A DNA stretch of 61,785 nt, filler included. It is 6 parts of 6 records of this genome, joined end to end, with 100 filler letters (N's around TTAATTAATTAA, not from the genome) between each part and the next. Parts side by side here need not be neighbours in the genome. Positions count along the whole stretch, not along the records: positions 1 to 5,439 come from DRR723986_7408; positions 5,540 to 28,856 come from DRR723986_7410; 4 more parts are not named here. The stretch is one strand, 5' to 3'. The notes under the pieces were generated by a model. That model was not told where the DNA came from. It did not search any database and saw only the letters and a list, made by a program, of their open reading frames with translations. The position numbers were made by a program, and so were the translations under genes. Below are positions 1 to 9,867 of the stretch, in pieces (the first letter of the stretch is position 1; every line of letters begins with the position of its first letter).

Positions 1-1
1 G

Positions 2-385
2 CGCCCCAGCTATTATGTGGCGCGCTACCTTGGAATAAAGGGATATCGGGTGATCCCGGTGAACCCGGGCCATGCTGGAAAAGAGCTATTTGGCGAAACC
101 GTGCGCGGCTCACTGAGCGATGTGTCTGAACCCGTCGATATGGTGGATATTTTTCGCCGGTCTGAGGCGGTGCCAGCCATTGTCGAAGAATCACTGGCAC
201 AGTTTCCCCAGTTGCAGACAATCTGGATGCAAATTGGTGTCGAACACGCAGAAACGGCGGCTCAGGCCGAGGCGCGCGGCGTGGATGTGATCCAAAACCG
301 TTGCCCCAAGATTGAATATCAGCGCCTGTTTGGTGAACTTCGTATGGGCGGCTTTGCCACCGGGGTTATTTCTTCGAAGCTGTAG
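2..385 (+). CDS. CoA-binding protein (YccU-like), 5' truncated by window edge
   Basis: Frame open from base 2; motifs GYRVIPVNPG, VDMVDIFRRS, IWMQIGV, NRCPKIE. Confidence 0.9.
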   Translation, partial: RPSYYVARYLGIKGYRVIPVNPGHAGKELFGETVRGSLSDVSEPVDMVDIFRRSEAVPAIVEESLAQFPQLQTIWMQIGVEHAETAAQAEARGVDVIQNRCPKIEYQRLFGELRMGGFATGVISSKL

Positions 386-389
386 CAGG

Positions 390-707
390 TCAGGTGGGGC
401 GGGCGGCCTTTTCGGCAATGCCGCTGGTGCCCTGCCGCTTGGCCAATACGTTCAACACATCATCCAAAGCCACATCCCGCGCGGCCAGCATCACCAGTAA
501 ATGATACAGAACATCGGCGGCTTCGCTGGTCAGTTTCTCACGATCGCCTTTGGCCGCTTCGATGATCGCCTCGATGGCTTCCTCACCAAACTTTTCCGCA
601 CATTTCTCAGGACCCTTGGCAAGCAGCTTGGCGGTCCAACTGCTGTCTGGGTCCGCGCCTTTGCGGGTTTCGATTGTGGCGGCGAGTTCGTGCAGAATGC
701 TCATCAT
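390..707 (-). CDS. hisE: phosphoribosyl-ATP diphosphatase
   Basis: SSWTAKLL, KFGEEAIE, SEAADVLYHLLV motifs; directly after hisF. Confidence 0.95.
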   Translation of the reverse strand: MMSILHELAATIETRKGADPDSSWTAKLLAKGPEKCAEKFGEEAIEAIIEAAKGDREKLTSEAADVLYHLLVMLAARDVALDDVLNVLAKRQGTSGIAEKAARPT

Positions 708-716
708 TGCCCCCTA

Positions 717-1478
717 TTAAGACAGGCGCATGGGAATACCGGCGGCGGCCATGTGTTCTTTGGCCTCCTGAACGGTAAATTCCCCAAAGTGAAAGATCGA
801 GGCGGCAAGCACAGCACTTGCACCGCCTTTGGTGACCCCCTCGACAAGGTGATCCAAGGTTCCGACACCACCCGAGGCAATGACGGGCACGTTCACCGCG
901 TCTGAAATCGCTTTGGTAAGCGGCAGGTTAAAGCCGGATTTGGTTCCGTCTCGATCCATTGAAGTCAGCAAGATTTCTCCGGCACCTTTGGCGACCACGG
1001 TCTTGGCGAACTCAACCGCATCAATGCCGGTTTCTTTGCGGCCACCATGGGTAAAGATCTCCCACTTGCCGGGTGCGACCGTCTTCGCATCAATCGCTAC
1101 AACGATACACTGGCTGCCAAATTGGTCGGCTGCCTCGGCGACGACATCCGGGCGAGCCACGGCTGCTGAGTTAAAGCTGACTTTATCCGCGCCTGCCAAC
1201 AACAGATCGCGCACGTCTTCTTTGGTGCGCACGCCGCCACCAACCGTCAGCGGAACAAAACACTGTTCCGCTGTGCGACGCACAACGTCAAACATGGTGC
1301 CGCGATTTTCATGGGTGGCGTGAATGTCCAGAAAACAAATCTCATCCGCCCCCGCCGCATCATAGGCTTTGGCGGATTCAACCGGGTCACCGGCATCTCT
1401 CAGACCGACAAAGTTCACGCCTTTGACAACGCGCCCGTCGGCGACGTCCAGACAGGGGATAATGCGGGTTTTCAACAT
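717..1478 (-). CDS. hisF: imidazole glycerol phosphate synthase cyclase subunit
   Basis: [37 protein letters not shown]. Confidence 0.97.
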   Translation of the reverse strand: MLKTRIIPCLDVADGRVVKGVNFVGLRDAGDPVESAKAYDAAGADEICFLDIHATHENRGTMFDVVRRTAEQCFVPLTVGGGVRTKEDVRDLLLAGADKVSFNSAAVARPDVVAEAADQFGSQCIVVAIDAKTVAPGKWEIFTHGGRKETGIDAVEFAKTVVAKGAGEILLTSMDRDGTKSGFNLPLTKAISDAVNVPVIASGGVGTLDHLVEGVTKGGASAVLAASIFHFGEFTVQEAKEHMAAAGIPMRLS

Positions 1479-1511
1479 GGGATGTTTACCGTGGTTGGAT
1501 GTGAGGGCAGG

Positions 1512-2234
1512 TTAGGACGCCAAAGTGGCAAGGGCTTCTTTCAGGTCAAGCGCGCCATCATACAACGCACGTCCTGATATGGCACCATTCAAGTCAACGC
1601 CGCAGTCGCGCAGGGCGATCAGATCGGCCAGCGAACTGACCCCACCGGACGCGATCACCGGGATCGATACCGCGCGGGCCAAATCAGCGGTGGCTTCGAT
1701 GTTTGGCCCCTGCATTGCGCCATCGCGATTGATATCTGTGTAGATGATGGCGGACACGCCTGCGTCCTCGAACGATTTGGCCAGATCAGTGACCTGCACA
1801 TTGGTCTCTTCGGCCCAGCCTTTGGTCGCGACCAACCCGTTACGCGCGTCTATGCCAACGGCAACTTTCCCGGGGAATTCGCAGGCTGCTTCGCGAACCA
1901 AATCAGGGTTTTCCACTGCAACAGTCCCAAGGATGACCCGCGCCAATCCCTTTTCTATCCATGTCGCGATGGTGGCCATGTCACGGATGCCGCCACCCAG
2001 CTGGGCAGGAACGTTGCAGGCTTTCAAAATCGCCTCAACCGGGGCGGCATTGACTGGCTCACCAGCAAACGCACCGTTCAGGTCCACAAGATGCAGCCAC
2101 TCACAACCGGCTTCGACAAACGCCATCGCCTGCGAGGCGGGGTCGTCGTTAAAAACAGTCGCTTGGTCCATTTCACCGCGCACAAGGCGTACAGCTTGGC
2201 CGTCTTTGAGGTCGATTGCGGGATACAGGATCAT
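1512..2234 (-). CDS. hisA: ProFAR isomerase
   Basis: [41 protein letters not shown]. Confidence 0.97.
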   Translation of the reverse strand: MILYPAIDLKDGQAVRLVRGEMDQATVFNDDPASQAMAFVEAGCEWLHLVDLNGAFAGEPVNAAPVEAILKACNVPAQLGGGIRDMATIATWIEKGLARVILGTVAVENPDLVREAACEFPGKVAVGIDARNGLVATKGWAEETNVQVTDLAKSFEDAGVSAIIYTDINRDGAMQGPNIEATADLARAVSIPVIASGGVSSLADLIALRDCGVDLNGAISGRALYDGALDLKEALATLAS

Positions 2235-2362
2235 GGTGCGCGGCCTTATGCTTATGTTCAGGCGCGATATGGCACGACTGGGGTAGGGGATGCAACGCGA
2301 CCCAAAGTCAGTCTTGCCCGAAGCGGGGAATCCACGTCACAGTGGGGCAAACAGGGAGAGTA

Positions 2363-2764
2363 ATGATGAAAAAACTGATTATCAGTGCAGTGTTTGCCTT
2401 GGGCTTCGCGGGTCCGGCGCTGGCGGATGCCGTGTCAGGCACCTGGAAAACGGCTGAGGGCGAAGAGGGTGGTTACCTGCATGTGGCGATTGCCCCATGT
2501 GGTGCAGCTGTTTGCGGAACGATCAAGGCAGCATATGACAAAGCGGGCAGCCTGTCGTCAGGCTATGAGCATCTCGGCAAAAAGATTATCTGGGATATGA
2601 ATGTCGACGGAGGCGGATCTTATAGCGGGGGCAAAATCTGGGCCCCGGATTCGGACAAGACCTATTCGTCAAAAATGTCGCTGAGTGGCAAAACCCTAAC
2701 CGTCAAAGGCTGCGTTGCAGGCGGCTTGATCTGTCGCGGTCAAGATTGGAAGCGCGTCAAGTAA
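2363..2764 (+). CDS. DUF2147 family exported protein
   Basis: RBS-like GGGAGAG, signal peptide MMKKLII...PALA, GTWKT, GGKIWAPDSDKTY, KGCVAGGLICRGQDWKR. Confidence 0.85.
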   Translation: MMKKLIISAVFALGFAGPALADAVSGTWKTAEGEEGGYLHVAIAPCGAAVCGTIKAAYDKAGSLSSGYEHLGKKIIWDMNVDGGGSYSGGKIWAPDSDKTYSSKMSLSGKTLTVKGCVAGGLICRGQDWKRVK

Positions 2765-2792
2765 CGCCCCCAGGCGCGCAAGAGCTGGGCGA

Positions 2793-3431
2793 TCAAGGCG
2801 CCCAGTTCAAGAAATTGGCGATCAGTCGCAGGCCGGTGTCTTGGCTTTTCTCAGGGTGGAACTGCATTCCTACCATCGTATCCCGACCGATAACGGCAGT
2901 AATATCCCCTGCATAGTCCACATGCGCCAATCGCTGGGCGGAATCTGCCACATGAAACTGGTACGAATGCACAAAATATGTGTGGTCGCCGGATTGAATG
3001 CCACCAAAGACGGGATGTGGATTGTCGATCACCAGATCGTTCCACCCCATATGAGGCACCTTTAGGCTCGGGTCCTTTGGTGTGATCTTGACGACGTCAC
3101 CACCGACCCAATCCAACCCTTTGGTGTCTTCGTATTCACGACCCCAAGTTGCCATCAACTGCATGCCGACGCAGATCCCCAGAAACGGGCGACCTTTGTC
3201 CTCAACAGCTTCGCGCAGCGCGTCAAACAGGCCGGAATGTCCGCGCAATGCGGCAGCACAGGCGGGAAAGGCACCGTCGCCGGGCAACACAAGGCGATCG
3301 GCACGGGCCACGACATCGGCGTCCCCAGTGACGATAACCTCACCAGAATCGGTTTCCTGCGCCATCCGCTGAAACGCTTTTTCTGCAGAATGCAGGTTGC
3401 CACTTTCGTAATCGATAATTGCCGTCAGCAT
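2793..3431 (-). CDS. hisH: imidazole glycerol phosphate synthase glutaminase subunit
   Basis: IIDYESGNL, LGICVGMQ, VPHMGWN, QFHPEKS. Confidence 0.97.
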   Translation of the reverse strand: MLTAIIDYESGNLHSAEKAFQRMAQETDSGEVIVTGDADVVARADRLVLPGDGAFPACAAALRGHSGLFDALREAVEDKGRPFLGICVGMQLMATWGREYEDTKGLDWVGGDVVKITPKDPSLKVPHMGWNDLVIDNPHPVFGGIQSGDHTYFVHSYQFHVADSAQRLAHVDYAGDITAVIGRDTMVGMQFHPEKSQDTGLRLIANFLNWAP

Positions 3432-4019
3432 TCAGAGCGCGCCTTTGGTCGAAGGAATCTCATCTGCCTTGCGCAGATCTGTTTCAACAGCGGTCCGCAA
3501 CGCACGCGCGACAGCCTTAAACGCCGCCTCGGCGATGTGGTGGCTGTTGAACCCGTGCAGCTGATCAACATGCAGGGTGATTCCACCATGCGTGCTAAAG
3601 GCTTGAAAAAATTCGCGCACCAGTTCGGTGTCAAAGGTTCCGATCTTTTGCGTGGGAATATCAACATTCCAGATCAGAAACGGACGGGCCGACAGGTCCA
3701 GCGCACACCGCACTTGGGCGTCATCCATCGGCAGATGACATTCGCCATAGCGATTGATGCCCTTTTTGTCGCCAAGCGCTTTCGCCAATGCCTGACCTAT
3801 GGCAATGCCTGTGTCTTCGACGGTGTGGTGATCGTCGATATGGTAATCGCCTTTGGCTGTGATTGTCATATCGATCAAAGAATGACGCGCCAGCTGGTCC
3901 AGCATGTGGTCAAAAAAGCCAACACCAGTTTGATTGTCATAAGCTCCGGTTCCATCGAGATTGATCTCGACTGAAATCTCGGTCTCGGCGGTTTGGCGAG
4001 TAATGGTGGCGCGACGCAT
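3432..4019 (-). CDS. hisB: imidazoleglycerol-phosphate dehydratase
   Basis: [34 protein letters not shown]; start set at MRRATI. Confidence 0.97.
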   Translation of the reverse strand: MRRATITRQTAETEISVEINLDGTGAYDNQTGVGFFDHMLDQLARHSLIDMTITAKGDYHIDDHHTVEDTGIAIGQALAKALGDKKGINRYGECHLPMDDAQVRCALDLSARPFLIWNVDIPTQKIGTFDTELVREFFQAFSTHGGITLHVDQLHGFNSHHIAEAAFKAVARALRTAVETDLRKADEIPSTKGAL

Positions 4020-4204
4020 GTCCTGTCCCCTCAACGGTTCTTGCGCGCTTATAGGCGCAGATTGCGCCGAATTTCCAGCCCGCGCAAAGCCCCTGATGCG
4101 ATATGTTGCGGCGCGGCACTAAACAGGGGCACACCGCAACAGGGATTGCGCCTGTCAGGCCACCATGTCAGCTTGGCGGCGAACTCCAATTAAAAGGCTC
4201 CGGC

Positions 4205-4444
4205 ATGTCCACTTGTGTCTTCATCCAGATTCGCTGCAAACCCGGCACCACTTACAAAGTGGCAGAAGATATCGCGCTGCGCGAAATCCATTCAGAGCTG
4301 TATTCCACCAGCGGCGATTTCGACCTGCTGATGAAGCTGTATATCCCCGCTGACGAAGACGTGGGCAAATACATCAACAACCATTTGCTGGACATTGACG
4401 GGATCGAGCGGTCCTTGACCACGATGACGTTCAAAGCGTTCTAA
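4205..4444 (+). CDS. stand-alone Lrp/AsnC ligand-binding-domain protein
   Basis: 79 aa, LYSTSGDFDLL and IDGIERSLT pattern; no HTH. Confidence 0.8.
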   Translation: MSTCVFIQIRCKPGTTYKVAEDIALREIHSELYSTSGDFDLLMKLYIPADEDVGKYINNHLLDIDGIERSLTTMTFKAF

Positions 4445-4450
4445 GGCGGC

Positions 4451-5314
4451 TCAGCCTAGCTCAAAACTGGTGACACCAAAAATACGTGTCATGTCGATAT
4501 CCGGCGCGGGTCCCGTATACATCCGCGCCGTTTCAAAAACAGGCTCCATTTCCAATTCGCCCGCCAACGCCATCGCTGAATCATTGCAGTCGGGCGTGTC
4601 CAGATACACGGTTTGCGACCGTTGATTTGCTGGAACTAGATCCAATACAGCCGCCAACAGATCCCGAGCGATCTCTTTGTCATCGGCAAAGAGCGGCCCG
4701 ATTTTGTACCCATCCCGGCAGGGACGCAACACAGTGTATCCTCGCAATTCCCCTTTATCCCACACGGCACGGGCATGATGCCCGGGTGCGGTTTGCCAGG
4801 CCTGCAAAAAGGCGGCTCTCGGGGCAGGGAACACGCTGCGATCGTATTGTAACTGTTGGGGCGATATCTCTGACAAAGCTGCGATTTCGGGCCGGGGCGT
4901 GGGCAGTTGTGCAAGAACCGCAGCCACACTGCCGTGTTGGCGGATATTGCGATAGGCCAAAGTGAACCCAGACTTGCGATAATTCTCCTGCTCCTGAACG
5001 ACGCCATCCAGTCCAACAAGACGGCCTTCGGCATGGGCGATGGCGGTCAGCCACAGTTCCAGCCCCAACCCCTCGCCGCGAAATTCAGGGCGCACGATGT
5101 AAAGCCCGAGAAACGCGAACGCCTCATCGTAGTTCACGACCGAAATCGACGCGATCATTTCACCGTCCAGAAATCCTCCCCAAAACCCCTGTGGATCCAC
5201 CGAAAGAAAACTGTCGGCATCAGAGAGTCCGGGGTTCCATCCTTCATCCGCAGCCCATTGAATGGCGGTCTGCACTTCCATTGGGGTCATCGGGCGAATG
5301 ATATAATCAGGCAT
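4451..5314 (-). CDS. GNAT family N-acetyltransferase (YitH-like two-domain)
   Basis: EGWNPG, YIVRPEFRGEGLG, KIGPLFAD, C-terminal FELG. Confidence 0.85.
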   Translation of the reverse strand: MPDYIIRPMTPMEVQTAIQWAADEGWNPGLSDADSFLSVDPQGFWGGFLDGEMIASISVVNYDEAFAFLGLYIVRPEFRGEGLGLELWLTAIAHAEGRLVGLDGVVQEQENYRKSGFTLAYRNIRQHGSVAAVLAQLPTPRPEIAALSEISPQQLQYDRSVFPAPRAAFLQAWQTAPGHHARAVWDKGELRGYTVLRPCRDGYKIGPLFADDKEIARDLLAAVLDLVPANQRSQTVYLDTPDCNDSAMALAGELEMEPVFETARMYTGPAPDIDMTRIFGVTSFELG

Positions 5315-5410
5315 GGCGAACCTCTGATCCGAAAACGAATTGTATGGGATGCAGCATGGCTGAAACGCACAAGGCAGGCCAGAGGCCTGCCATGCAAATA
5401 CGATCTATAT

Positions 5411-5439
5411 TGGAGCGGGCGAGGCGATTCGAACGCCCG
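5411..5439 (-). tRNA. 3' fragment of a tRNA, probably tRNA-Gly, cut by contig end
   Basis: Reverse complement CGGGCGTTCGAATCGCCTCGCCCGCTCCA = T-arm (GTTCGAATC), acceptor strand and U-CCA end; anticodon not visible, so the Gly call is from acceptor stem/discriminator only. Confidence 0.8.
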
Positions 5440-5539
5440 NNNNNNNNNNNNNNNNNNNNNNNNNNNNNNNNNNNNNNNNNNNNTTAATTAATTAANNNNN
5501 NNNNNNNNNNNNNNNNNNNNNNNNNNNNNNNNNNNNNNN
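5440..5539. other. artificial contig linker
   Basis: N44-TTAATTAATTAA-N44; stops in all six frames. Confidence 0.99.
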
Positions 5540-5641
5540 GTCATCCCCGCGAAGGCGGGGATCCAGTAACAACATGAATTTGCTTTGGAAATATAATTCT
5601 CACCTCACGGTGTACTGGATTCCCGCCTTCGCGGGAATGAC
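5540..5641. repeat. REP/REPIN-like inverted-repeat element
   Basis: GTCATCCCCGCGAAGGCGGGGATCCAGTA (5540-5568) and TACTGGATTCCCGCCTTCGCGGGAATGAC (5613-5641) are inverted copies with 2 mismatches, each internally palindromic; contig starts exactly here. Confidence 0.85.
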
Positions 5642-5745
5642 AAGTGTGGTTGTGGCAGTCGCCGCGGGAACCACTTTCGGATCAGACACTCAGGATAAGG
5701 AAGTGAGTTTGGCTGAGCAAAAGCTCACCTGCTCGAGCTGCAAGA

Positions 5746-8118
5746 TCAATCCAGCGAGAAGGTGAACTCGAACAACCGGTCAATCGGGTCGAGCGGTTTG
5801 GGATCGCGGTATCGATTGAGGTCTAGCAGGCCCGCCTGAAGGATGTCTTGGTCTTTCAGGGCGGTCTGGATCCGGTCGAAGTCGGTCCAGAACTCCGGGT
5901 CGGTTCTGCGGACGCCAAAACGGTCGACGAGCTTGAGGAAATCATCTTGTGACCTGATCTCCCGAACCGTCTCCACGAAGGCCGGCAGGTGATCCTGTTT
6001 CACCTTGAACATGAAATTCGGATAGCTGCTGAACTGGCCGGGCACGACCGTCACGCTGTCGTTCTGGGGTTCGCGGCGCAGATCCTCGTTGAAGATGAAG
6101 GCAACGTTGCTGTGAGCCATGTCATGCACCAGGGTAAAGACCTGCGTGTCCCGTTCCGTTTCCACGAGCAGAACCGAGATATCAGGCAGGAACTTTGCAT
6201 ATGGCGCAGGTTTCTGGGCAAGCGGGCGTAGTTGCCCGGCAGGCGTGTCACTGGACGCACAGGCATTGCCGGTGCAGCGGTTGATAGGGTCTTGTTCAGC
6301 CCACAGGCCAGCAGGTTCGCGCAGCAGCTCGGTGAGGAATTCCTCCTTGGGATCGCTGGTGGAAAAGGCGATACCCGTCGGAGACCTGGTGTCGAGCGCG
6401 CTTTCCTTCCAGAGATCGACCATGCTGACTAGCGGACCCTGATACCAGCTTTCGTGCATGGGTTTGCGCACTTGTGGTGGCAGGAACGACAGGAAGGTTC
6501 GCTCTCCTTCACGGCGCAGGCTGTCCATATAAAGGCGTGTCGTGAGCTGGTGTTCCACGTTGCCGAAGACATCGAACCCGGCAACGAGATTGTAGTAGAT
6601 CCGCTCGAACAGCGGGAAATCGATTACCCAGGCGGTTTCGGGCACCGCGCCGATGAAGCCTGTCACCACCGAGGCGGAAGAGAAATTACGGTAGACGGTC
6701 AGACGGGCATCGACTTCGGAGCCGTCACCTTGCCAGATGTCACCGTAGTCGGGGCCGCCTTCCGCCAGGAACTTGCGTTCATACCGCCCCTTGCGAAACT
6801 CCTGATACTTGACCGGTCCGAGCGACAGGAAGCCTTCCAGACGCTTGGACAGTTTTCCCTTTGACTGGGCGACCGGCAGTTCGAGGATCGGGGTCGCGGC
6901 TTCCAGGAAGCTCGGGTCGGTGACGGAGAGATCGGCGTCGGGTGTCAGGAAGGAGACCCAGAAACGGTCCTCGATCACGTTCACCGCGACCTGGCCGTAG
7001 CAGACCGGACCACGAATGAAAGAGCGGACAAAATAAAGCGCTTCGTCCAGCAGGAACTGGTAGCGGCTGCGCGCAGGAATGGCGCGGAACGTCGACAGCG
7101 GGTTGCCGCCTGCAGCCGTTGAATAGGGCGGCTGGCTCGCAATCTCCCAGTCGCTTTTCAGGAACAGGTCTTCATAGCGCTTCAGGCGTTTGGGGCCGAT
7201 CTCATAGACCATGTGCTCCTTGTGCAGGATGGTGCCGTCAATCGGGATGAGTCTGTAATGAAAGGCGCCACCTGGATCGTCAAAGGGTCGGCGCGAGGCA
7301 ATCTCATCTGGAGGCGACCCGGTCGCGGTTCTGGAACGGATTATGCGGAAGAAGCGGTTCTGGTCATCGCCTTCCAGGTGCAGATGGGCCAGGAACAGAT
7401 GTTCATAGATATAGCGCGCGACAAGTTTCGACCGTTTGTCGCCGCGGTTGAAGAACGTTTCGACGGTGTGCACCGACTGTTCGACACTCTGTGGCAATCC
7501 TTTGCCGGCGTCCGGTGCAGGTGCCCCATCCCTGGCCCAGGACAGCAGGGTCTCGTAGTCGCCATCTGCAAGCGGCGCCATGGCAAAGGGCATGCCGCCC
7601 TGCGGGTGTTCCTCGAGGTAGTCCTTCACCTTGCCAGGCATGGCGCAGGTGTTTGCACGCAGCGTCGAAATGTCGATGTCGTCAGGAAGCGGCGCTCCGA
7701 GCTTGAACGAATTCTTGCGGCCGGCCAGCAGCAGTTGTTCCAGAACGGATGGTCCGTCCTGTGCACCGACAACGTCGAAGAAACCCTTGGCGCGCCAGCC
7801 CGGAACAGACTTTGCGTCGATCCCCAGGCGTGTCATCGGAGCATCTTCCAGACGCGAGGAATCGTAGACTTTCTGCTTGCTCGCTCCGCGCATCCAGCCC
7901 GCGGCGGATGACAGCTTGAGCTGACAAGGTGCGTCATAGCAGCCGTGGCAGACGACGCAGCGCTTGTTGAGGACATCGAGAGCTGATGTATCCTCCTGCG
8001 CCGATGCAGCGCCGGCACAGCAAATCAGAAGTATGGCGCGAAACGCCTGTTTCAGGATCCGAGGCCAGAGAGCCTGAAGGCGGCCGGCCGCAATCATGCC
8101 AGAGGCATCAACCTTCAT
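5746..8118 (-). CDS. cti: fatty acid cis/trans isomerase (periplasmic c-type heme protein)
   Basis: Signal peptide, RCVVCHGCYDAPCQLKLSS (CxxCH), YIYEHLFLAHL, FIRGPVCYGQ, YYNLVAGFDVFGN, GLLDLNRY; start uncertain. Confidence 0.9.
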   Translation of the reverse strand: MKVDASGMIAAGRLQALWPRILKQAFRAILLICCAGAASAQEDTSALDVLNKRCVVCHGCYDAPCQLKLSSAAGWMRGASKQKVYDSSRLEDAPMTRLGIDAKSVPGWRAKGFFDVVGAQDGPSVLEQLLLAGRKNSFKLGAPLPDDIDISTLRANTCAMPGKVKDYLEEHPQGGMPFAMAPLADGDYETLLSWARDGAPAPDAGKGLPQSVEQSVHTVETFFNRGDKRSKLVARYIYEHLFLAHLHLEGDDQNRFFRIIRSRTATGSPPDEIASRRPFDDPGGAFHYRLIPIDGTILHKEHMVYEIGPKRLKRYEDLFLKSDWEIASQPPYSTAAGGNPLSTFRAIPARSRYQFLLDEALYFVRSFIRGPVCYGQVAVNVIEDRFWVSFLTPDADLSVTDPSFLEAATPILELPVAQSKGKLSKRLEGFLSLGPVKYQEFRKGRYERKFLAEGGPDYGDIWQGDGSEVDARLTVYRNFSSASVVTGFIGAVPETAWVIDFPLFERIYYNLVAGFDVFGNVEHQLTTRLYMDSLRREGERTFLSFLPPQVRKPMHESWYQGPLVSMVDLWKESALDTRSPTGIAFSTSDPKEEFLTELLREPAGLWAEQDPINRCTGNACASSDTPAGQLRPLAQKPAPYAKFLPDISVLLVETERDTQVFTLVHDMAHSNVAFIFNEDLRREPQNDSVTVVPGQFSSYPNFMFKVKQDHLPAFVETVREIRSQDDFLKLVDRFGVRRTDPEFWTDFDRIQTALKDQDILQAGLLDLNRYRDPKPLDPIDRLFEFTFSLD

Positions 8119-8362
8119 CGTCTTCCATCCGTGGACGAGTCACCCGGCTCGGGTCGTCAGGCCCCTTGTAGTTGAACAGGTACGCCCAGGCGGCATAGGC
8201 GGTGATTGCCGCCATGATGTAGACCCATGTGATATTGCCGAATGCATATTCCACACCGGTCCAGCCGGCGCAAAAAGCGACCAGAACAATTCTGCGCCAA
8301 AGCGCATCGAACCAGGGATGTTCTACGGGACCAAACACAGTTTTGCCTTCCTTTTGCGTCAT
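8108..8362 (-). CDS. small two-TM membrane protein (DUF3329-like)
   Basis: HPWF..LWRRI motif followed by two hydrophobic helices; overlaps the cti start. Confidence 0.7.
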   Translation of the reverse strand: MTQKEGKTVFGPVEHPWFDALWRRIVLVAFCAGWTGVEYAFGNITWVYIMAAITAYAAWAYLFNYKGPDDPSRVTRPRMEDDEG

Positions 8363-8540
8363 CTGAGCCGAGCTGCCCGGGCTTGCTGACGTAGCGGGAG
8401 CCTCAAGAGCTTGCAAAATCAGGCAAAACTTGCCTGCCATCACCTGATTACACCTTGAAACTGGCTGCTGAACAAGGGAATGTGGCGTACCACTCCCGGC
8501 CACGGAATTTCATGTTGATAAGAGGAGCCTGGCTTCCGAC

Positions 8541-9866
8541 ATGCTGACTGCGCTTGATCTCCTGACAGCTAATGACACGCCAGGTCAACACCCACCTTCC
8601 TATTACGCTGCAACTGCCAACAGGCAAACGGCTCACCCGACACTCGATGGCTCACACACCTGCACGGTCTGCGTCATCGGTGGCGGATATACGGGGCTAT
8701 CGGCTGCATTGCATCTGGCTGAACGGGGTGTTGACGTTATTCTCCTGGAAGCCAACCGGATCGGGTGGGGCGCCTCGGGCCGCAATGGCGGCCAGGTCGG
8801 TTCCGGCCAACGCATGGACCAGACGGTTCTGGAAGAACGCCATGGCAAGTCTCACGCCAGATTGCTGTGGGACCTTGCCGAGGATTCCAAGGCGCTGGTC
8901 AAGGACCTGATCATCAAGCACCAGATCGCCTGCGACTACACGCCGGGGATACTGCATGCCGATCACCGCAAGAGTTTTGTCGAGGAAAGCCGGGACTATG
9001 TCGAGCATCTCAGGCTCGTCTACGGCTATGAGGACATTCGTTTTGTCGGTCCGGATGAAATCGGCGAACAGGTCGGCAGTCCCCGGTATTACGGCGGCTC
9101 TCTGGACACGGGCGCAGGCCATCTGCATCCGCTCAATTTCGCACTGGGTCTCGGGCAGGCAGCCGAAGCGGCAGGGGCAAGGATTTTCGAGGAAACCAAA
9201 GTCACCGGCATTGACGGCCAGGGCACGGGACGGATCACCGTGAGGACGGGGCAGGGCGACGTTCGTGCAGAGCACGTCATTCTGGCGTGCAACGGTTATC
9301 TCGGCCGCCTTGACCGGCAGACCGCCGCGCACGTCATGCCGATCAACAATTTCATCGTCGCAACGGAGCCCTTTTCGGAAGACGAGGCGCAAAAGATCAT
9401 CCGCAACAACGTCGCCGTGGCCGACAGCAAGTTCGTCATCAACTACTTCCGTCTGTCGGCAGACCGCCGGCTGCTTTTCGGTGGCGGTGAGAATTACGGC
9501 TATCGCTTTCCGGAAGACATCAAGGCCTTCGTGCGCGAACCGATGCTGGAAATCTTCCCCCAGCTCAGCGACGTGGCCATCGATTACGGCTGGGGCGGTA
9601 CGCTGGCGATTACGCCCAAGCGCATGCCCTATTTCGCAAGGATTGCGCCCAACATGCTGACCGCAGGTGGGTACTCCGGCCACGGCGTTGCCATGGCAAC
9701 CCTTGGTGGTCAGGTGCTGGCGGAAGCCGTGACGGGAACTGCGGGTCGCTTCGACGTTTTTGAAAAACTGAACGTACCGGCTTTCCCCGGCGGTGACCGG
9801 CTTCGCTTCCCGCTTCTGGTACTTGCCATGACGTGGTTCTCTCTGCGGGACAGGCTCGGGTTCTGA
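8541..9866 (+). CDS. puuB: FAD-dependent oxidoreductase, PuuB/gamma-glutamylputrescine oxidase-like
   Basis: RBS GAGGAG; GGGYTGLS, GASGRNGGQ, HLHPLN, YSGHGV; symbol tentative. Confidence 0.8.
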   Translation: MLTALDLLTANDTPGQHPPSYYAATANRQTAHPTLDGSHTCTVCVIGGGYTGLSAALHLAERGVDVILLEANRIGWGASGRNGGQVGSGQRMDQTVLEERHGKSHARLLWDLAEDSKALVKDLIIKHQIACDYTPGILHADHRKSFVEESRDYVEHLRLVYGYEDIRFVGPDEIGEQVGSPRYYGGSLDTGAGHLHPLNFALGLGQAAEAAGARIFEETKVTGIDGQGTGRITVRTGQGDVRAEHVILACNGYLGRLDRQTAAHVMPINNFIVATEPFSEDEAQKIIRNNVAVADSKFVINYFRLSADRRLLFGGGENYGYRFPEDIKAFVREPMLEIFPQLSDVAIDYGWGGTLAITPKRMPYFARIAPNMLTAGGYSGHGVAMATLGGQVLAEAVTGTAGRFDVFEKLNVPAFPGGDRLRFPLLVLAMTWFSLRDRLGF

Positions 9867-9867
9867 G

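Noticed and set aside
2363-2764. DUF2147 gene interrupting the his cluster
   Set aside because: To my knowledge a usual arrangement in Rhodobacteraceae; nothing anomalous in the sequence.
4451-5439. GNAT next to a tRNA 3' end as a genomic island or att site
   Set aside because: No integrase or duplicated tRNA end is visible; the contig simply breaks inside the tRNA.
5440-5539. TTAATTAATTAA motif recurring five times (possible repeat or CtrA site)
   Set aside because: Always centred in identical N44 blocks, so it is an artificial six-frame-stop linker; no gene neighbourhood should be inferred across it.
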